A stretch of 45,982 nucleotides of DNA from Candidatus Kaiserbacteria bacterium (GCA_027066795.1 JAMONA010000013.1:1-45982); one strand, 5' to 3'. Shown: positions 33,647 through 44,410, numbered from the stretch's first letter. Notes: generated by a model not told the origin, from the sequence alone. Numbers and translations are program-made.

Positions 33647-34662
33647 TACCGCTTCGCAATTATGGCCTTCTTGTATGTGTCTAGGTGAGTAAGGGCTTCG
33701 CCAGTACCCTTTGCTACACAGTATAAAGCATCATCTGCAAGTACTGCGTTCACACCAGTACGCCTATATACAAGCTCTTGCAGGTTACGTAGCATACTAG
33801 ACCCCCCACTCATTATTATGCCATTATCTATAATGTCAGCGCTTAGCTCTGGTGGAGTCTCTTGTAGTACATCACGGATTGCTTGCACCATCTCTCTCAG
33901 GTCGTGCCTAATTGCTCGCACTATCTCATTTGTCTTAATATCTATAGAGCGAGGCAAGCCAGTTAGGTGGTCACGTCCTTTAATAGTCATCTCTAGCTGC
34001 TCATCGTCCGTCATCTCTATTGCTGAGCCTATACCCATCTTCACTTCCTCTGCCATCTTATCTCCTATCATTAAGTTATACTCTTTTTTTATATAATCGG
34101 CTATAGAGTGGTCTATCTTGTTGCCTGCCACCTTCACACTCTTACTGGCAACTATGCCACCCAGAGAGATAACTGCCACATCCGTAGTACCACCACCTAT
34201 GTCTACTATCATGTGTCCGCAGGGCTCGTGTATAGGTATCCCTGCACCTATAGCTGCAAGTATCGGCTCTTTAACTACTTGTGCTGTCTTGGCCCCAGCC
34301 TTTACGGCAGCCTCTACCACAGCCCTCTTCTCTGCACTAGTTACTCCTGCTGGTACACTTATCATTACGTCTGGTTTAAAGATACTCCACTTACCAAGAG
34401 CCTTACTTATGTAATAGCGGAGCATTGCCTCTGTCACATGATAATCTGCAACTACACCGTCTTTCATAGGTCTATATGCTGTAATACCCTCCGGTGTACG
34501 ACCTATCATGTCTTTAGCATCGTCGCCTACAGCCATTATCTTATTATCACTACTCACAGCCACTACTGAGGGCTCGCGTAGGACCACCCCTTTCTCTGGT
34601 ACGTATACTAATATATAGGTAGTACCTAAGTCTATGCCGAGTCGTGGTGTAAAAAAGCTCAT
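33646..34662 (-). CDS. mreB: rod-shape-determining actin homologue MreB
   Basis: LGIDLGTT...V......EPSVVA, DIGGGTTDVAVISLGGIV and GIIMSGGSSMLRNL. Confidence 0.95.
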   Translation of the reverse strand: MSFFTPRLGIDLGTTYILVYVPEKGVVLREPSVVAVSSDNKIMAVGDDAKDMIGRTPEGITAYRPMKDGVVADYHVTEAMLRYYISKALGKWSIFKPDVMISVPAGVTSAEKRAVVEAAVKAGAKTAQVVKEPILAAIGAGIPIHEPCGHMIVDIGGGTTDVAVISLGGIVASKSVKVAGNKIDHSIADYIKKEYNLMIGDKMAEEVKMGIGSAIEMTDDEQLEMTIKGRDHLTGLPRSIDIKTNEIVRAIRHDLREMVQAIRDVLQETPPELSADIIDNGIIMSGGSSMLRNLQELVYRRTGVNAVLADDALYCVAKGTGEALTHLDTYKKAIIAKR

Positions 34663-34754
34663 AAAATATTAAAATTAATATCATTATTCTACATTGTTTT
34701 ATACACATATCAATAAAGGTTATACTCTGCGACTCTGGTATACTTAATTACACG

Positions 34755-35636
34755 ATGATAAAACGGACACTATACAATGGTATAACTTGGGTAGACTTAG
34801 AGTCTCCGAGTGCTGAAGAGGTAGCCAAGTTAGCTAAAGAGTTTAACCTGCACCCATTGGTCACAAGTGAGTTGCTATCTCCAAGCTTGCGACCTAAGAT
34901 AGACTTACACAAGAATTATTTGTACATAATACTTCACTTTATAGATGACAAGGAAGTAGATTTTATATTAGGCAAAGACTTCATCATAACCACTCGCTAC
35001 GAGGAGGTGGCCCCATTAATTAAATTCTCTAAAGCCCTCTCTATAGGTGACCAGATGTATGAAGATAAATTTGACTCTGGCGTACTTTTTTACTACCTAA
35101 CCAAAAGTCTTTACTGTGAGCTTGAAGACGAGCTCACACGACTAAGGGCCCATATGAAGCAAATAGAAAAGTCTGTATACTCTGGAGATGAGCACAACAT
35201 GGTTATGGCATTAGCCGCTTCAGGTAGAACAATATTAGATGTGCACCAATCACTAGACCCACATAAAGAAGTACTAAGCTCATACCAGCAACACTCTGAA
35301 GAGTTCTTTGGCAAAGATCACGAACGTTACGCCTCTACCCTACTAGCTAACTTTTATAAGGTACACCAACGGATAAAACGTATATCAGCATTACACACTG
35401 AACTACGTGCTACTAACGATTCTCTACTGTCAGCTAAGCAAAACTCAATAATGCAGGTGTTTACAATTGTGGCATTTGTGACTCTTGTACCATCGTTAAT
35501 AGCCTCAGTATTTGGTATGAATGCAATTAACATGCCAATAATCGGTAAATATTACGATTTTTGGCTTATCATATTTATAATGTTCGCAATGTCTGGTGTA
35601 ATATTCTATTTCTTTAAATATAAAAAATTACTCTAA
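34755..35636 (+). CDS. corA: CorA-family magnesium/cobalt transporter
   Basis: Two C-terminal TM helices with the GMN motif (VFGMNAINMP). Confidence 0.85.
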   Translation: MIKRTLYNGITWVDLESPSAEEVAKLAKEFNLHPLVTSELLSPSLRPKIDLHKNYLYIILHFIDDKEVDFILGKDFIITTRYEEVAPLIKFSKALSIGDQMYEDKFDSGVLFYYLTKSLYCELEDELTRLRAHMKQIEKSVYSGDEHNMVMALAASGRTILDVHQSLDPHKEVLSSYQQHSEEFFGKDHERYASTLLANFYKVHQRIKRISALHTELRATNDSLLSAKQNSIMQVFTIVAFVTLVPSLIASVFGMNAINMPIIGKYYDFWLIIFIMFAMSGVIFYFFKYKKLL

Positions 35637-35712
35637 ATTGATGCTAATATTTTGCGATCATTGATAGTGTGGTATTATGTGCGCACTTAAGAAGATTTAA
35701 AATATTTTATAT

Positions 35713-36930
35713 ATGAAGCAAGTAAAACCAGAGATAGAGAGCTTTGCTCGCATAAGAGTTATAGGTGCAGGTGGCTCAGGTGGCAACGCTGTAAATCATA
35801 TGATTGCAAGCAAGGTTAAAGGTGTAGATTTTATTGTTGTAAATACAGATGCACAAGACTTACATCACTCTCCGGCTAAACATAAAATACACATCGGCAA
35901 GGAGCTCACAAGAGGGCTCGGTAGCGGAATGAACAGTGAGGTAGGTAAACATGCCGCAGAAGAGCAGATAGAGGAAATACAAGACGCTCTTAAGGGATCA
36001 GATATGGTTTTCATTACTTGCGGGCTCGGCGGAGGTACCGGTACCGGCTCTGCACCAGTCATAGCCAAGGCAGCCCGTGAGAGCGGTGCACTGACAGTAG
36101 CAATTGTCACCTTACCCTTTAGCTTTGAGGGACAGCGTAGGCGCGAGGTAGCCGACCACGGCCTTGAAGAGCTACGTAAAGTAGTAGACTCAATAGTTAT
36201 AGTAGCTAATGACAAGATACTTGAAACCGTAGAGAAAAATACAGGACTAAAAGAGGCATTCGCAACTTGCGACGATATCCTCAAGCATGCTGTAGAGGGT
36301 ATATCAGACCTTATAACTAAACAAGGTATAATCAATGTAGACTTTGCTGATATACGAACAGTTATGGAGGCTGCAGGCCCTGCACTTATGGGTATAGGTG
36401 AGGCCAGTGGTGAAGGTCGAGCCTCAGAGGCCGCGCGGCTTGCTATCAACTCACCACTACTAGATGTATCTATAGATGGTGCAACAGGCGTACTCTTCTC
36501 TATATCTGGTAAAGAGGACTTAAGCATGCACGAGGTGCAAGAGGCAGCAGACACAGTTACTAAGGCAGCAGACCCTAATGCTAAGATAATCTTTGGTACA
36601 ATACTTGATGACACTCTTAAGAAGGGTGCTATAAGGATAACTGTGATAGCCACAGGTTTCGGCTCAGACAAGGCAACCAGTAAGTCTATCTTTAAGAGTG
36701 TAATGTCTACAGAACCAACTAAAGAAAAGGACGAGACTAAAGAAGATGACAAGCCAAAAGAGATACACAACACAATGCCTGAGGAAAAACCTAAAAAAGC
36801 TATCCGTAATATACAAAGTAGGTCAACCCCACCAAAGCCCAAGACACTGTCTATAAAAAAAGATAATGCACAAGATGATGATGAGTTCAGCATGATACCT
36901 TCGTTTTTAAGGAGGTCTAAGCTAAGATAA
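35713..36930 (+). CDS. ftsZ: cell-division GTPase FtsZ
   Basis: IRVIGAGGSGGNAVNHM, the GGGTGTGSAPVIA tubulin signature, and a C-terminal basic/acidic linker with an IPSFLRR peptide. Confidence 0.97.
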   Translation: MKQVKPEIESFARIRVIGAGGSGGNAVNHMIASKVKGVDFIVVNTDAQDLHHSPAKHKIHIGKELTRGLGSGMNSEVGKHAAEEQIEEIQDALKGSDMVFITCGLGGGTGTGSAPVIAKAARESGALTVAIVTLPFSFEGQRRREVADHGLEELRKVVDSIVIVANDKILETVEKNTGLKEAFATCDDILKHAVEGISDLITKQGIINVDFADIRTVMEAAGPALMGIGEASGEGRASEAARLAINSPLLDVSIDGATGVLFSISGKEDLSMHEVQEAADTVTKAADPNAKIIFGTILDDTLKKGAIRITVIATGFGSDKATSKSIFKSVMSTEPTKEKDETKEDDKPKEIHNTMPEEKPKKAIRNIQSRSTPPKPKTLSIKKDNAQDDDEFSMIPSFLRRSKLR

Positions 36931-36942
36931 CTAAAAGGTAAT

Positions 36943-37905
36943 ATGACACAAGCACAAAACGATATATTGGATTTAATAATAATAGGTGGTGGACCTGCAG
37001 GAGTTACTGGTGGTATATATGCTGCCCGTAAGAAGTTAAAGACAGTTTTGATAACTGGCGAATTTGGTGGGCAGAGCAACGTCTCACCAGACATACAAAA
37101 CTGGATAGGTACACCTCATATTTCTGGTGCAGATTTAGCTAAAAACTTAGAGAAGCACCTAAGGGAGTATGAGAGCACTGAGCAAAATGAAACCACTCTC
37201 ATAATAGAACACCCTAGTCTGGCTGCAAAAGTAGAAAAAACTAATGACATTTTTAAAGTAACTACCAGTAATGGCACCGAGCACAATGCTAAGGCATTAC
37301 TCTATACAGCTGGCTCAGTTAGGCGCAAGCTACCCGCCAAGGGCGCTGACGAGTACGAGCATAAGGGGTTAACATATTGTGCCACTTGTGACGGACCACT
37401 CTTTACAGGGAGAGACTTGGTAGTGATAGGTGGCGGAGACGCCGCTTTTGAGACAGCAGCGCAACTACTAGAGTACGCCAAGAGCGTAACTTTGCTAAAC
37501 CGCACAGATAAGCTCTCTGCAGACGCCGTAACTATAGAGAAGGTCTCTGCACACCCTAATATGACGGTTATAACAAATGCCGACACTACGGAGGTACTTG
37601 GTGATGCCATGGTCACAGGTGTGAAGTATAAAAATACCGAGACTGCCGAAGAACACTCTCTTGAGTGTGGTGGTATATTTGTAGAGATAGGTATGATACC
37701 TAACACTGAGATTCTTAAAAATATAAATGATGTGCTAGACACTAGGGGTCGCATAGAGGTAGACCCATGGACCCAGCAGACTAAGGTAACAGGCTTGTGG
37801 GCCGCTGGAGATTGTACCAATGTCCGCTACCACCAAAATGGAATTGCCATGGGTGATGCTACTAAGGCTATCGAGGATATCTATAGTGTGCTTAAGACTA
37901 AGTAA
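36943..37905 (+). CDS. trxB: thioredoxin-disulfide reductase
   Basis: IIIGGGPAG, redox-active CATCDG, VIGGGDAA and GLWAAGDC. Confidence 0.9.
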   Translation: MTQAQNDILDLIIIGGGPAGVTGGIYAARKKLKTVLITGEFGGQSNVSPDIQNWIGTPHISGADLAKNLEKHLREYESTEQNETTLIIEHPSLAAKVEKTNDIFKVTTSNGTEHNAKALLYTAGSVRRKLPAKGADEYEHKGLTYCATCDGPLFTGRDLVVIGGGDAAFETAAQLLEYAKSVTLLNRTDKLSADAVTIEKVSAHPNMTVITNADTTEVLGDAMVTGVKYKNTETAEEHSLECGGIFVEIGMIPNTEILKNINDVLDTRGRIEVDPWTQQTKVTGLWAAGDCTNVRYHQNGIAMGDATKAIEDIYSVLKTK

Positions 37906-37955
37906 CCGTAGCAAAACAACTATTCTCTAACAGGAATCAATTAACTCGCCTAACT

Positions 37956-37990
37956 AAATAAAGCCTTGAGTAAACTCAAGGCTTTATTTT
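37956..37990. terminator. bidirectional rho-independent terminator (trxB / tRNA-Ser)
   Basis: AAAGCCTTGAG-taaa-CTCAAGGCTTT flanked by A- and T-runs. Confidence 0.85.
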
Positions 37991-37994
37991 AATG

Positions 37995-38081
37995 CGGAGA
38001 GTGAGGGATTCGAACCCTCGAAGGAGTCTCCCCCTTACACCCTTAGCAAGGGTGCGCTTTCAGCCACTCAGCCAACTCTCC
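37995..38081 (-). tRNA. tRNA-Ser (anticodon GCU), long variable arm
   Basis: The reverse complement reads GGAGAGTTGGCTGAGTGGCTGAAAGCGCACCCTTGCTAAGGGTG...GAGGGTTCGAATCCCTCACTCTCCG. Anticodon loop TTGCTAA. Confidence 0.9.
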
Positions 38082-38143
38082 ATTTATTTTACTGTGGCAC
38101 AATATTACCACAATTTTTAATCTATGCTAATATATTAACTATC

Positions 38144-39418
38144 ATGAATAAGGTAAACACAAAAACATTAAAGGGCTTTAAAGAGCTATTGCCAGCCGAG
38201 CAGATGGCTTTTAACAAAATGCTCGAGACTATCCGTAAGACATATGAGCTATACGGCTTCATACCATTAGACACACCTGTACTCGAGCGTGCAGAGGCAC
38301 TACTTGCAAAAGCTGGTGGAGAGACAGAGCAACAAATATACCAGTTTACAAAAGGTAAAACAGACTACGCAATGCGCTTTGACCTTACGGTGCCTCTAGC
38401 CCGCTTTGTGGCCGAACACGAGCGTGAGCTCACATTCCCCTTCCGACGTTATGCTATAGGCAAGGTATACCGCGGAGAGCGCCCACAAGCTGGCCGCCTG
38501 CGTGAATTTCACCAATGTGATATTGATATCATAGGCAAAGGTGACTTGGCACTAAGTGCGGACGCCGAACTACCTAATATAATCAGTAGTATCTTTACTA
38601 AGATACTACCTAACAATACTAAGTTTACTATCAGAATCAATAACCGTAAAATACTAAACGGCCTATTTGAATGGCTAAACATAGACGGTGTAGCTGCCAT
38701 GCGCATACTAGACAAGCTAGATAAAATCGGTATTGACGGTATCTCTAAAGAATTATCCGAGATAGGTGTAGAACAAAACAAGATAGACTCTATAATAAGC
38801 TTCTCTGAGATTACTGGCACTAACGAGGAGATCCTAGGACAACTAAAAGCTATGACTATTGATAATAAGGCGTTTCAAGATGGTGTAACAGAGCTGCAAC
38901 AAGTATCTTCAAGCATGACCCAGATAGACCTCTCTATAGCCAGAGGGCTCGCTTACTATACTGGCACAGTGTACGAGACCACACTTGACCAATATCCTCA
39001 GGTAGGCTCAATATGCAGTGGCGGCAGGTACGAGGACTTGGCAGGCACTTATACAAACTCCCTATTACCTGGAGTAGGTATCTCTATAGGCCTCTCCCGC
39101 CTCTTTGACCAGCTTAAGACCCTTGAACTACTAGAGCTAGGTGCGAGTACTCCTACTAAAGTGCTTATACTTAGTATAGATGAAGACGTTAAGGCTAAAC
39201 TAGCAAGTGAGTTACGCGATAATGGAATACCAACAGAGACTCAAGCATTAAACAAACTAGACAAGCAGCTCAAATATGCAAACAAGCTTGGTATACCCAA
39301 GGTCATAATCATAGGCAATGATGAAGTTGCTAAAAAGCAGTACTCTCTTAAAGATATGGTTACTGGCGAGCAGCAAACACTTACCAAGGTAGATATTTTA
39401 AGTAACCTCTTATTATGA
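38144..39418 (+). CDS. hisS: histidyl-tRNA synthetase
   Basis: GFKELLP, MRFDLTVPLARF, YRGERPQAGRLREFHQCD, GGRYEDL and a C-terminal anticodon-binding domain. Confidence 0.95.
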   Translation: MNKVNTKTLKGFKELLPAEQMAFNKMLETIRKTYELYGFIPLDTPVLERAEALLAKAGGETEQQIYQFTKGKTDYAMRFDLTVPLARFVAEHERELTFPFRRYAIGKVYRGERPQAGRLREFHQCDIDIIGKGDLALSADAELPNIISSIFTKILPNNTKFTIRINNRKILNGLFEWLNIDGVAAMRILDKLDKIGIDGISKELSEIGVEQNKIDSIISFSEITGTNEEILGQLKAMTIDNKAFQDGVTELQQVSSSMTQIDLSIARGLAYYTGTVYETTLDQYPQVGSICSGGRYEDLAGTYTNSLLPGVGISIGLSRLFDQLKTLELLELGASTPTKVLILSIDEDVKAKLASELRDNGIPTETQALNKLDKQLKYANKLGIPKVIIIGNDEVAKKQYSLKDMVTGEQQTLTKVDILSNLLL

Positions 39419-40011
39419 CAGATAACTCAGATGACCTACGCTACATAATATTTGATATAGAGACACAAAACACCTTTGACCAAGTTGGAAGCCGAGATGC
39501 TACTGCTCTTAGCATCTCCCTGTTAGTAACCTGGGATTCTAAGACAAAAGAGTATTCTAGTTACCTAGAAAGTGAACTTGACCAGCTATGGCCAATATTA
39601 GAGCAAACAGATATGCTAATAGGCTACAACTCTGACCACTTTGATATACCCTTATTAAATAAATACTACCCTGGAGATTTAACTGCTATAAAAAGCCTAG
39701 ACTTACTAAAAGAGATACACAAGGTGTTAGGTCGCAGACTCAGGTTAGACGATGTAGCTGCCGCTACACTAGGAACCAAAAAGAGTGGTAGCGGTTTAGA
39801 CGCTATACGTTGGTGGCAAGCCGGAGAGATAGAAAAAATACGTAAATATTGCCAGAAAGACGTAGAGATAACCAAAAGACTCTTCGACTACATGTTAGAA
39901 AATAACTCTGTAAAGTATAAGGACTTTAATAAAAAGAAAGAGTTGGAAATAGATACAACAGACTGGTTAAAGCCCGAGAGCTTTGCCCTTACCCACACAA
40001 TGGGGTTTTAG
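39415..40011 (+). CDS. RNase H-fold DEDDy-type 3'-5' exonuclease
   Basis: FDIETQN (Exo I), GYNSDHFDIPLL (Exo II), YCQKDVEIT (Exo III). ATGA overlap with the hisS stop. Confidence 0.7.
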   Translation: MTDNSDDLRYIIFDIETQNTFDQVGSRDATALSISLLVTWDSKTKEYSSYLESELDQLWPILEQTDMLIGYNSDHFDIPLLNKYYPGDLTAIKSLDLLKEIHKVLGRRLRLDDVAAATLGTKKSGSGLDAIRWWQAGEIEKIRKYCQKDVEITKRLFDYMLENNSVKYKDFNKKKELEIDTTDWLKPESFALTHTMGF

Positions 40012-40080
40012 CCAACCATACCAATTATATTTATGTGTTACAATGTACAGGCTTAATAAAAATTAATTATATTTAATAGT

Positions 40081-40812
40081 ATGGAAAATAATACAAACCA
40101 GAATAGCTACGCTGTACCCGTAGCAATAGTCATAGCAGGTGCTCTTATAGCAGGTGCACTATACTTCGTAAGTACTCAGTCTAAAGTAACCAGTGGCATA
40201 CAACTACCGCAAGCTGGCAGCGCTGCTCAAGAGCGTGTTGATATACGAGGCGTGCAAGCAGACGACCACATAATAGGTAACCCTAATGCAGATTTAGTTA
40301 TAGTAGAGTTCTCAGATACTGAGTGCCCATTTTGTGCACGATTCCACACGACTATGCAGCAAGTTATGGATGAGTTCGGCGAGAGTGGTAAGGTTGCATG
40401 GGTATACCGTAACTTCCCTCTTACAAGCCTACACTCTAAGGCAGTACCTGAGGCAATAGCCCTAGAGTGTGCCGCAGAGCTTGGAGGTAACGATTCATTT
40501 TGGGAGTATACAAACATGTTATATAAAAATACACCCAGTAACGACGGCTTAGACTTGGCCAAGTTACCAGAGTTTGCGGCAGCAGTAGGTCTTGACGTAG
40601 ATGCATTCAATACATGTAGACAAGATGAAAAAATTGCAGCACGTGTACAAGAAGACTTTGATGAGGCTGTGGCATCAGGAGGACAAGGTACTCCATACAA
40701 CGTACTCTTATACAAAGGACAGCAAATACCTGTAGAGGGAGGCTTACCATATGAAGACACTAATGGTAACCCAGGTATGAAAAGCATAATAGAGCAAGTA
40801 TTAGCACAATAA
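40081..40812 (+). CDS. membrane-anchored DsbA-like thiol:disulfide oxidoreductase
   Basis: N-terminal TM helix, a thioredoxin fold with CPFC, and GTPYNVL near the C-terminus. Confidence 0.8.
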   Translation: MENNTNQNSYAVPVAIVIAGALIAGALYFVSTQSKVTSGIQLPQAGSAAQERVDIRGVQADDHIIGNPNADLVIVEFSDTECPFCARFHTTMQQVMDEFGESGKVAWVYRNFPLTSLHSKAVPEAIALECAAELGGNDSFWEYTNMLYKNTPSNDGLDLAKLPEFAAAVGLDVDAFNTCRQDEKIAARVQEDFDEAVASGGQGTPYNVLLYKGQQIPVEGGLPYEDTNGNPGMKSIIEQVLAQ

Positions 40813-40834
40813 CAATACAGACAGCTATTGCACT

Positions 40835-40859
40835 AAAGCCGCACAACATGCGGCTTTTT
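40835..40859 (+). terminator. rho-independent terminator
   Basis: AAAGCCGCA-caaca-TGCGGCTTT followed by TT. Confidence 0.8.
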
Positions 40860-40891
40860 GCATTTATAGCTCTTAGTGGTAAGATTGCATA

Positions 40892-43036
40892 ATGTCAGTA
40901 CCAGATAAATTCTTAAAGCCATACAACCCAAACTCGGTAGAGGATGGGTTGTACAAAATGTGGGAAGATTCTGGATACTTTAACCCAGATAATTTACCGA
41001 AAATAAGTGGCGAAGCGCGCGTGGAGACTTGGTGTACCATAATGCCGCCACCTAATGCTAATGGCCGCTTGCACGCTGGACACGGTACAGACTTAACCCT
41101 TAAAGACATAATGACACGCTACCATCGTATGGTCGGCAAAAAAACACTTATGTTGCCAGGCTCAGACCATGCAGGTTTTGAAACTCAGAGTGTATTTGAG
41201 AAAAAGTTACAAAAAGAAGGCCGTTCACGTTTTGGCATGAGCAACAATGAGTTGTATAGTGAAATATACGATTTTGTAATGGAGAGCAAGCACATAATGG
41301 AGGGCGACGTACGTAAACTTGGTACAAGCTGTGACTGGTCTCGTAATACATTTACACTAGACGACCATGTAGTTAGTGGCGTAAAAGATACTTTTAAAAA
41401 AATGTACGACGATGGCCTGGTATACAGAGGCAAGCGCAGCATACATTGGAATCCTAAGTTTAAAACATCACTCTCTGATATAGAGACTAAATTTGAAGAC
41501 CGTAAAGACCCTTTCTACTATTTTCAATACGGCCCATTTGTAATAGGTACATCTCGTCCGGAGACTAAATTTGGAGACAAGTATGTTGTAATGCACCCAG
41601 ATGACAAAAGATATAAAGACTATAAACACGGAGATACATTTGAGTGTGAGTGGATAAATGGCAAAATAACAGCAACCATAATAAAAGACGAAGCTGGAGA
41701 CCCGGAGATGGGTAGTGGAGTAATGACAATAACACCATGGCACTCGCAAGTAGACTTCGATATAGCTCAGAGACACAACCTAGATTATGAACAGATAATA
41801 GACTGGGATGGTAAATTAATGGATATAGCTGACGAATTTGCAGGGAAAAAGATACACATGGCTCGTGAAGACATAGTAAAGAAGCTAGACGACAAGGGTC
41901 TATTAGTAAAAGTTGACAAGGATTATGAGCATGCCGTTCGTATATGTGAGCGTACTGGAGTTGTAGTAGAGCCACAAATCAAAGACCAATGGTTTATAAA
42001 GATGGAGCCACTTGCCAAAAAAGTGCTATCTGCACTAGATAACGGAAAAGTTAAGATATTGACTAGTAAACATGAGAACATGCTAAGGCACTGGATGAAC
42101 AATACTATAGACTGGAACATCTCTAGACAGATAGTTTGGGGTATACAAATACCAGCATGGTTTAAAAATAAAGGAACTAAAGACGAAGAAGTAATAATAT
42201 CTAAGAACAAACCTGACGGAGAAGGATGGGAGCAAGATGTAGATACGTTTGACACTTGGTTCTCTAGTGGGCAGTGGCCACTTATGACTTTAGGGTACCC
42301 AGACAGTAAAGACATGGAATACTACCCTACAACAGTCATGGAGACTGGTGCAGACCTAGTATTCAAGTGGGTACCAAGGATGATAATGTTTGGTACTTAC
42401 CTAACGGGCAAGGTGCCATTTAAGACAGTCTACTTCCATGGCATGGTACTAGATGCCAAAGGTAAAAAAATGAGTAAAAGTAAAGGCAATACACTGTCTC
42501 CTATTGAACTTGCCGAGGAGTTTGGTACAGATGCCACACGTATGTCATTTGTAGTCTCTAATGCACCTGGTGCAGACATGCCTCTGTCTCAAGACAAAGT
42601 ACGGGCTTACAAGAAGTTTGCCAACAAGATATGGAACATAACACGGTTTATACTTACAGAAACCGATGATATAGATATAAACACCAAGCCGACCCTCACA
42701 GACACAGATGTAAAGCTACTAAGCGAACTACAAGAGACGGCAGACTTTATAGCAGACCATATAGAACGCTATAGACTAGATCTAGCCGCAGACAAGGCAT
42801 ATCACTACATATGGCATGAGCTCGCCGATAACATACTAGAAGCCAGTAAAGACATCCTTAAGGTGGACGATTCTGAGGCAAAATTATCCCGCCAATATAC
42901 TCTGTATACCATACTTGTCACTACCCTTAAGATGTTACATCCATTTATGCCATTTATAACTGAAGAAATATGGCAAAGTCTTCCACATAAAGAGTCCGAT
43001 ATGCTTATGGTGGCCCAGTGGCCCGTGGTAGAATAA
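40892..43036 (+). CDS. valS: valyl-tRNA synthetase (lacks the C-terminal coiled coil)
   Basis: PPPNANGRLHAGHG, LPGSDHAGFETQ, editing-domain TSRPETKFGD, and KMSKSKGN. 714 aa. Confidence 0.92.
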   Translation: MSVPDKFLKPYNPNSVEDGLYKMWEDSGYFNPDNLPKISGEARVETWCTIMPPPNANGRLHAGHGTDLTLKDIMTRYHRMVGKKTLMLPGSDHAGFETQSVFEKKLQKEGRSRFGMSNNELYSEIYDFVMESKHIMEGDVRKLGTSCDWSRNTFTLDDHVVSGVKDTFKKMYDDGLVYRGKRSIHWNPKFKTSLSDIETKFEDRKDPFYYFQYGPFVIGTSRPETKFGDKYVVMHPDDKRYKDYKHGDTFECEWINGKITATIIKDEAGDPEMGSGVMTITPWHSQVDFDIAQRHNLDYEQIIDWDGKLMDIADEFAGKKIHMAREDIVKKLDDKGLLVKVDKDYEHAVRICERTGVVVEPQIKDQWFIKMEPLAKKVLSALDNGKVKILTSKHENMLRHWMNNTIDWNISRQIVWGIQIPAWFKNKGTKDEEVIISKNKPDGEGWEQDVDTFDTWFSSGQWPLMTLGYPDSKDMEYYPTTVMETGADLVFKWVPRMIMFGTYLTGKVPFKTVYFHGMVLDAKGKKMSKSKGNTLSPIELAEEFGTDATRMSFVVSNAPGADMPLSQDKVRAYKKFANKIWNITRFILTETDDIDINTKPTLTDTDVKLLSELQETADFIADHIERYRLDLAADKAYHYIWHELADNILEASKDILKVDDSEAKLSRQYTLYTILVTTLKMLHPFMPFITEEIWQSLPHKESDMLMVAQWPVVE

Positions 43037-43040
43037 CTCT

Positions 43041-43745
43041 ATGGAAATCACTCACATACTGCTTGCTTTAATGGGTGGTGTCTTGCCTACTTGCTTATGG
43101 CTATGGTTCTGGACTCGTGAAGACAGGTTACACCCTGAGCCTAAGAGGCTATTACTACTAGCATTTTTAGCTGGTGGCATGACGGTAGCCATAGCTATAC
43201 CCCTACAGCATCTCACTCGTACATTACTAGGTAGTAACATAGGTGCCGAGGTCATAGTAGCCTGGGCCGGTATCGAAGAGGTATTAAAGTATCTCGCAGC
43301 TCTTTCTTTAATATTATGGCGTAAGGCCGTAAATGAGCCTATAGACGTACTAATATACATGCTCACCATAGCATTAGGCTTCTCTGCTGTAGAGAATTCC
43401 CTCTTCTTGATAAACCCGATAATGAATGACGGCATAGTAAACACTGTCATAACTGGCAACTTTCGCTTCTTCGGTGCTACGTTACTACACTTACTATCAT
43501 CGTCTATTATAGGTGTAAGCTTAGCTCTTTCATTTTATAAAGACTACTCTACCCGTGTCACATATACTATAATAGGAGTTATCCTTGCCATAGTTTTGCA
43601 TGCTGCCTTTAACTTGTTTATACTTAACAGTGATGGCAATGGTATAATAAAAATATTCGCATTAGTATGGCTAGGCATAGTTGTACTCCTATTGTTTTTC
43701 GAGAAGATAAAGCAAATGCGAATATTACCTTCAAATAAAAATTAA
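43041..43745 (+). CDS. prsW: PrsW-family intramembrane protease
   Basis: Polytopic membrane protein with EEVLKY (EExxK), FSAVEN and two conserved-looking His (HLLSS, HAAFN). Confidence 0.7.
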   Translation: MEITHILLALMGGVLPTCLWLWFWTREDRLHPEPKRLLLLAFLAGGMTVAIAIPLQHLTRTLLGSNIGAEVIVAWAGIEEVLKYLAALSLILWRKAVNEPIDVLIYMLTIALGFSAVENSLFLINPIMNDGIVNTVITGNFRFFGATLLHLLSSSIIGVSLALSFYKDYSTRVTYTIIGVILAIVLHAAFNLFILNSDGNGIIKIFALVWLGIVVLLLFFEKIKQMRILPSNKN

Positions 43746-43764
43746 TAATATAAAATCTATAATT

Positions 43765-44286
43765 ATGTGGAAACCTAAATTTTTAAAAAAACTCAGCGAC
43801 AGTGTTTATATCGATGAATACGATGACTCTTTCAACGAACACGATGATATACTGCACAATCCTAATAATACAGACGACGGTATGGTGACTATGGGTCAAC
43901 ACATATCTTTAAAGGACTCTAACGACGGCGTTGACATACAAGAGGAAGAAATTGTTACAAATGAACTAACCGTAGACGTGTACCAAACTCCAGATGAAAT
44001 AGTTCTACGTACTATGATAGCAGGCGTGCAGCCACATAATATCGACATATCTTTAACTAGAGACATGATAACGATTACAGGTTCTAAAGAGGACGTTAAA
44101 GAGGTTACTGAAGATGATTACTTTTACCGCGAGTTATCTTGGGGCTCATTTACAAGGACCATCATGCTACCCGCAGAAGTAGAGGTAGATGAGGCCGATG
44201 CACAAGAAAAGCACGGTGTACTAACAATAAGACTACCTAAAATTAATAAAGAACGTCAAGCAAAGATAAAAGTAAAAAGTCACTAA
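43765..44286 (+). CDS. Hsp20/alpha-crystallin small heat-shock protein
   Basis: The ACD ends in FTRTIMLPAEVEVDEADAQEKHGVLTIRLPK. Confidence 0.85.
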   Translation: MWKPKFLKKLSDSVYIDEYDDSFNEHDDILHNPNNTDDGMVTMGQHISLKDSNDGVDIQEEEIVTNELTVDVYQTPDEIVLRTMIAGVQPHNIDISLTRDMITITGSKEDVKEVTEDDYFYRELSWGSFTRTIMLPAEVEVDEADAQEKHGVLTIRLPKINKERQAKIKVKSH

Positions 44287-44332
44287 TGACAAAATAAATA
44301 TTTGTGATAATATAACGCAACCACTGTAATAT

Positions 44333-44406
44333 GCTCGGGTAGCTCAGTTGGTTAGAGCACTTGATTGAAGCTCAAGGTGTCGGCAGTTCGAGTCTGCCTC
44401 CGAGCA
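44333..44406 (+). tRNA. tRNA-Phe (anticodon GAA)
   Basis: GCTCGGGTAGCTCAGTTGGTTAGAGCACTTGATTGAAGCTCAAG...GGCAGTTCGAGTCTGCCTCCGAGCA. Anticodon loop TTGAAGC. Confidence 0.92.
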
Positions 44407-44410
44407 CAAA

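Noticed and set aside
34663-34754. Possible oriC at the minus-to-plus gene-orientation switch (mreB / corA), with TTATACACA (34699-34707) fitting TTATNCACA.
   Set aside because: The spacer is only 92 bp with one box, and there are no dnaA/dnaN or repeated AT-rich 13-mers. The orientation switch alone is weak evidence. It would need genome-wide GC-skew, which I cannot compute here.
35865-37094. A 409-aa ORF antisense to ftsZ that runs into trxB. Similar long antisense ORFs are 32913-33581 (opposite holB), 40227-40787, 37302-37820, 22180-22674 and 13654-14100.
   Set aside because: The translations are low-complexity and S/P/A/L-rich, with no motifs, and they lie opposite genes with unmistakable conserved products. 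For the ftsZ case, antisense stops in that frame need sense TA- or T|CA- contexts, and FtsZ has almost no Tyr. This makes it a shadow ORF.
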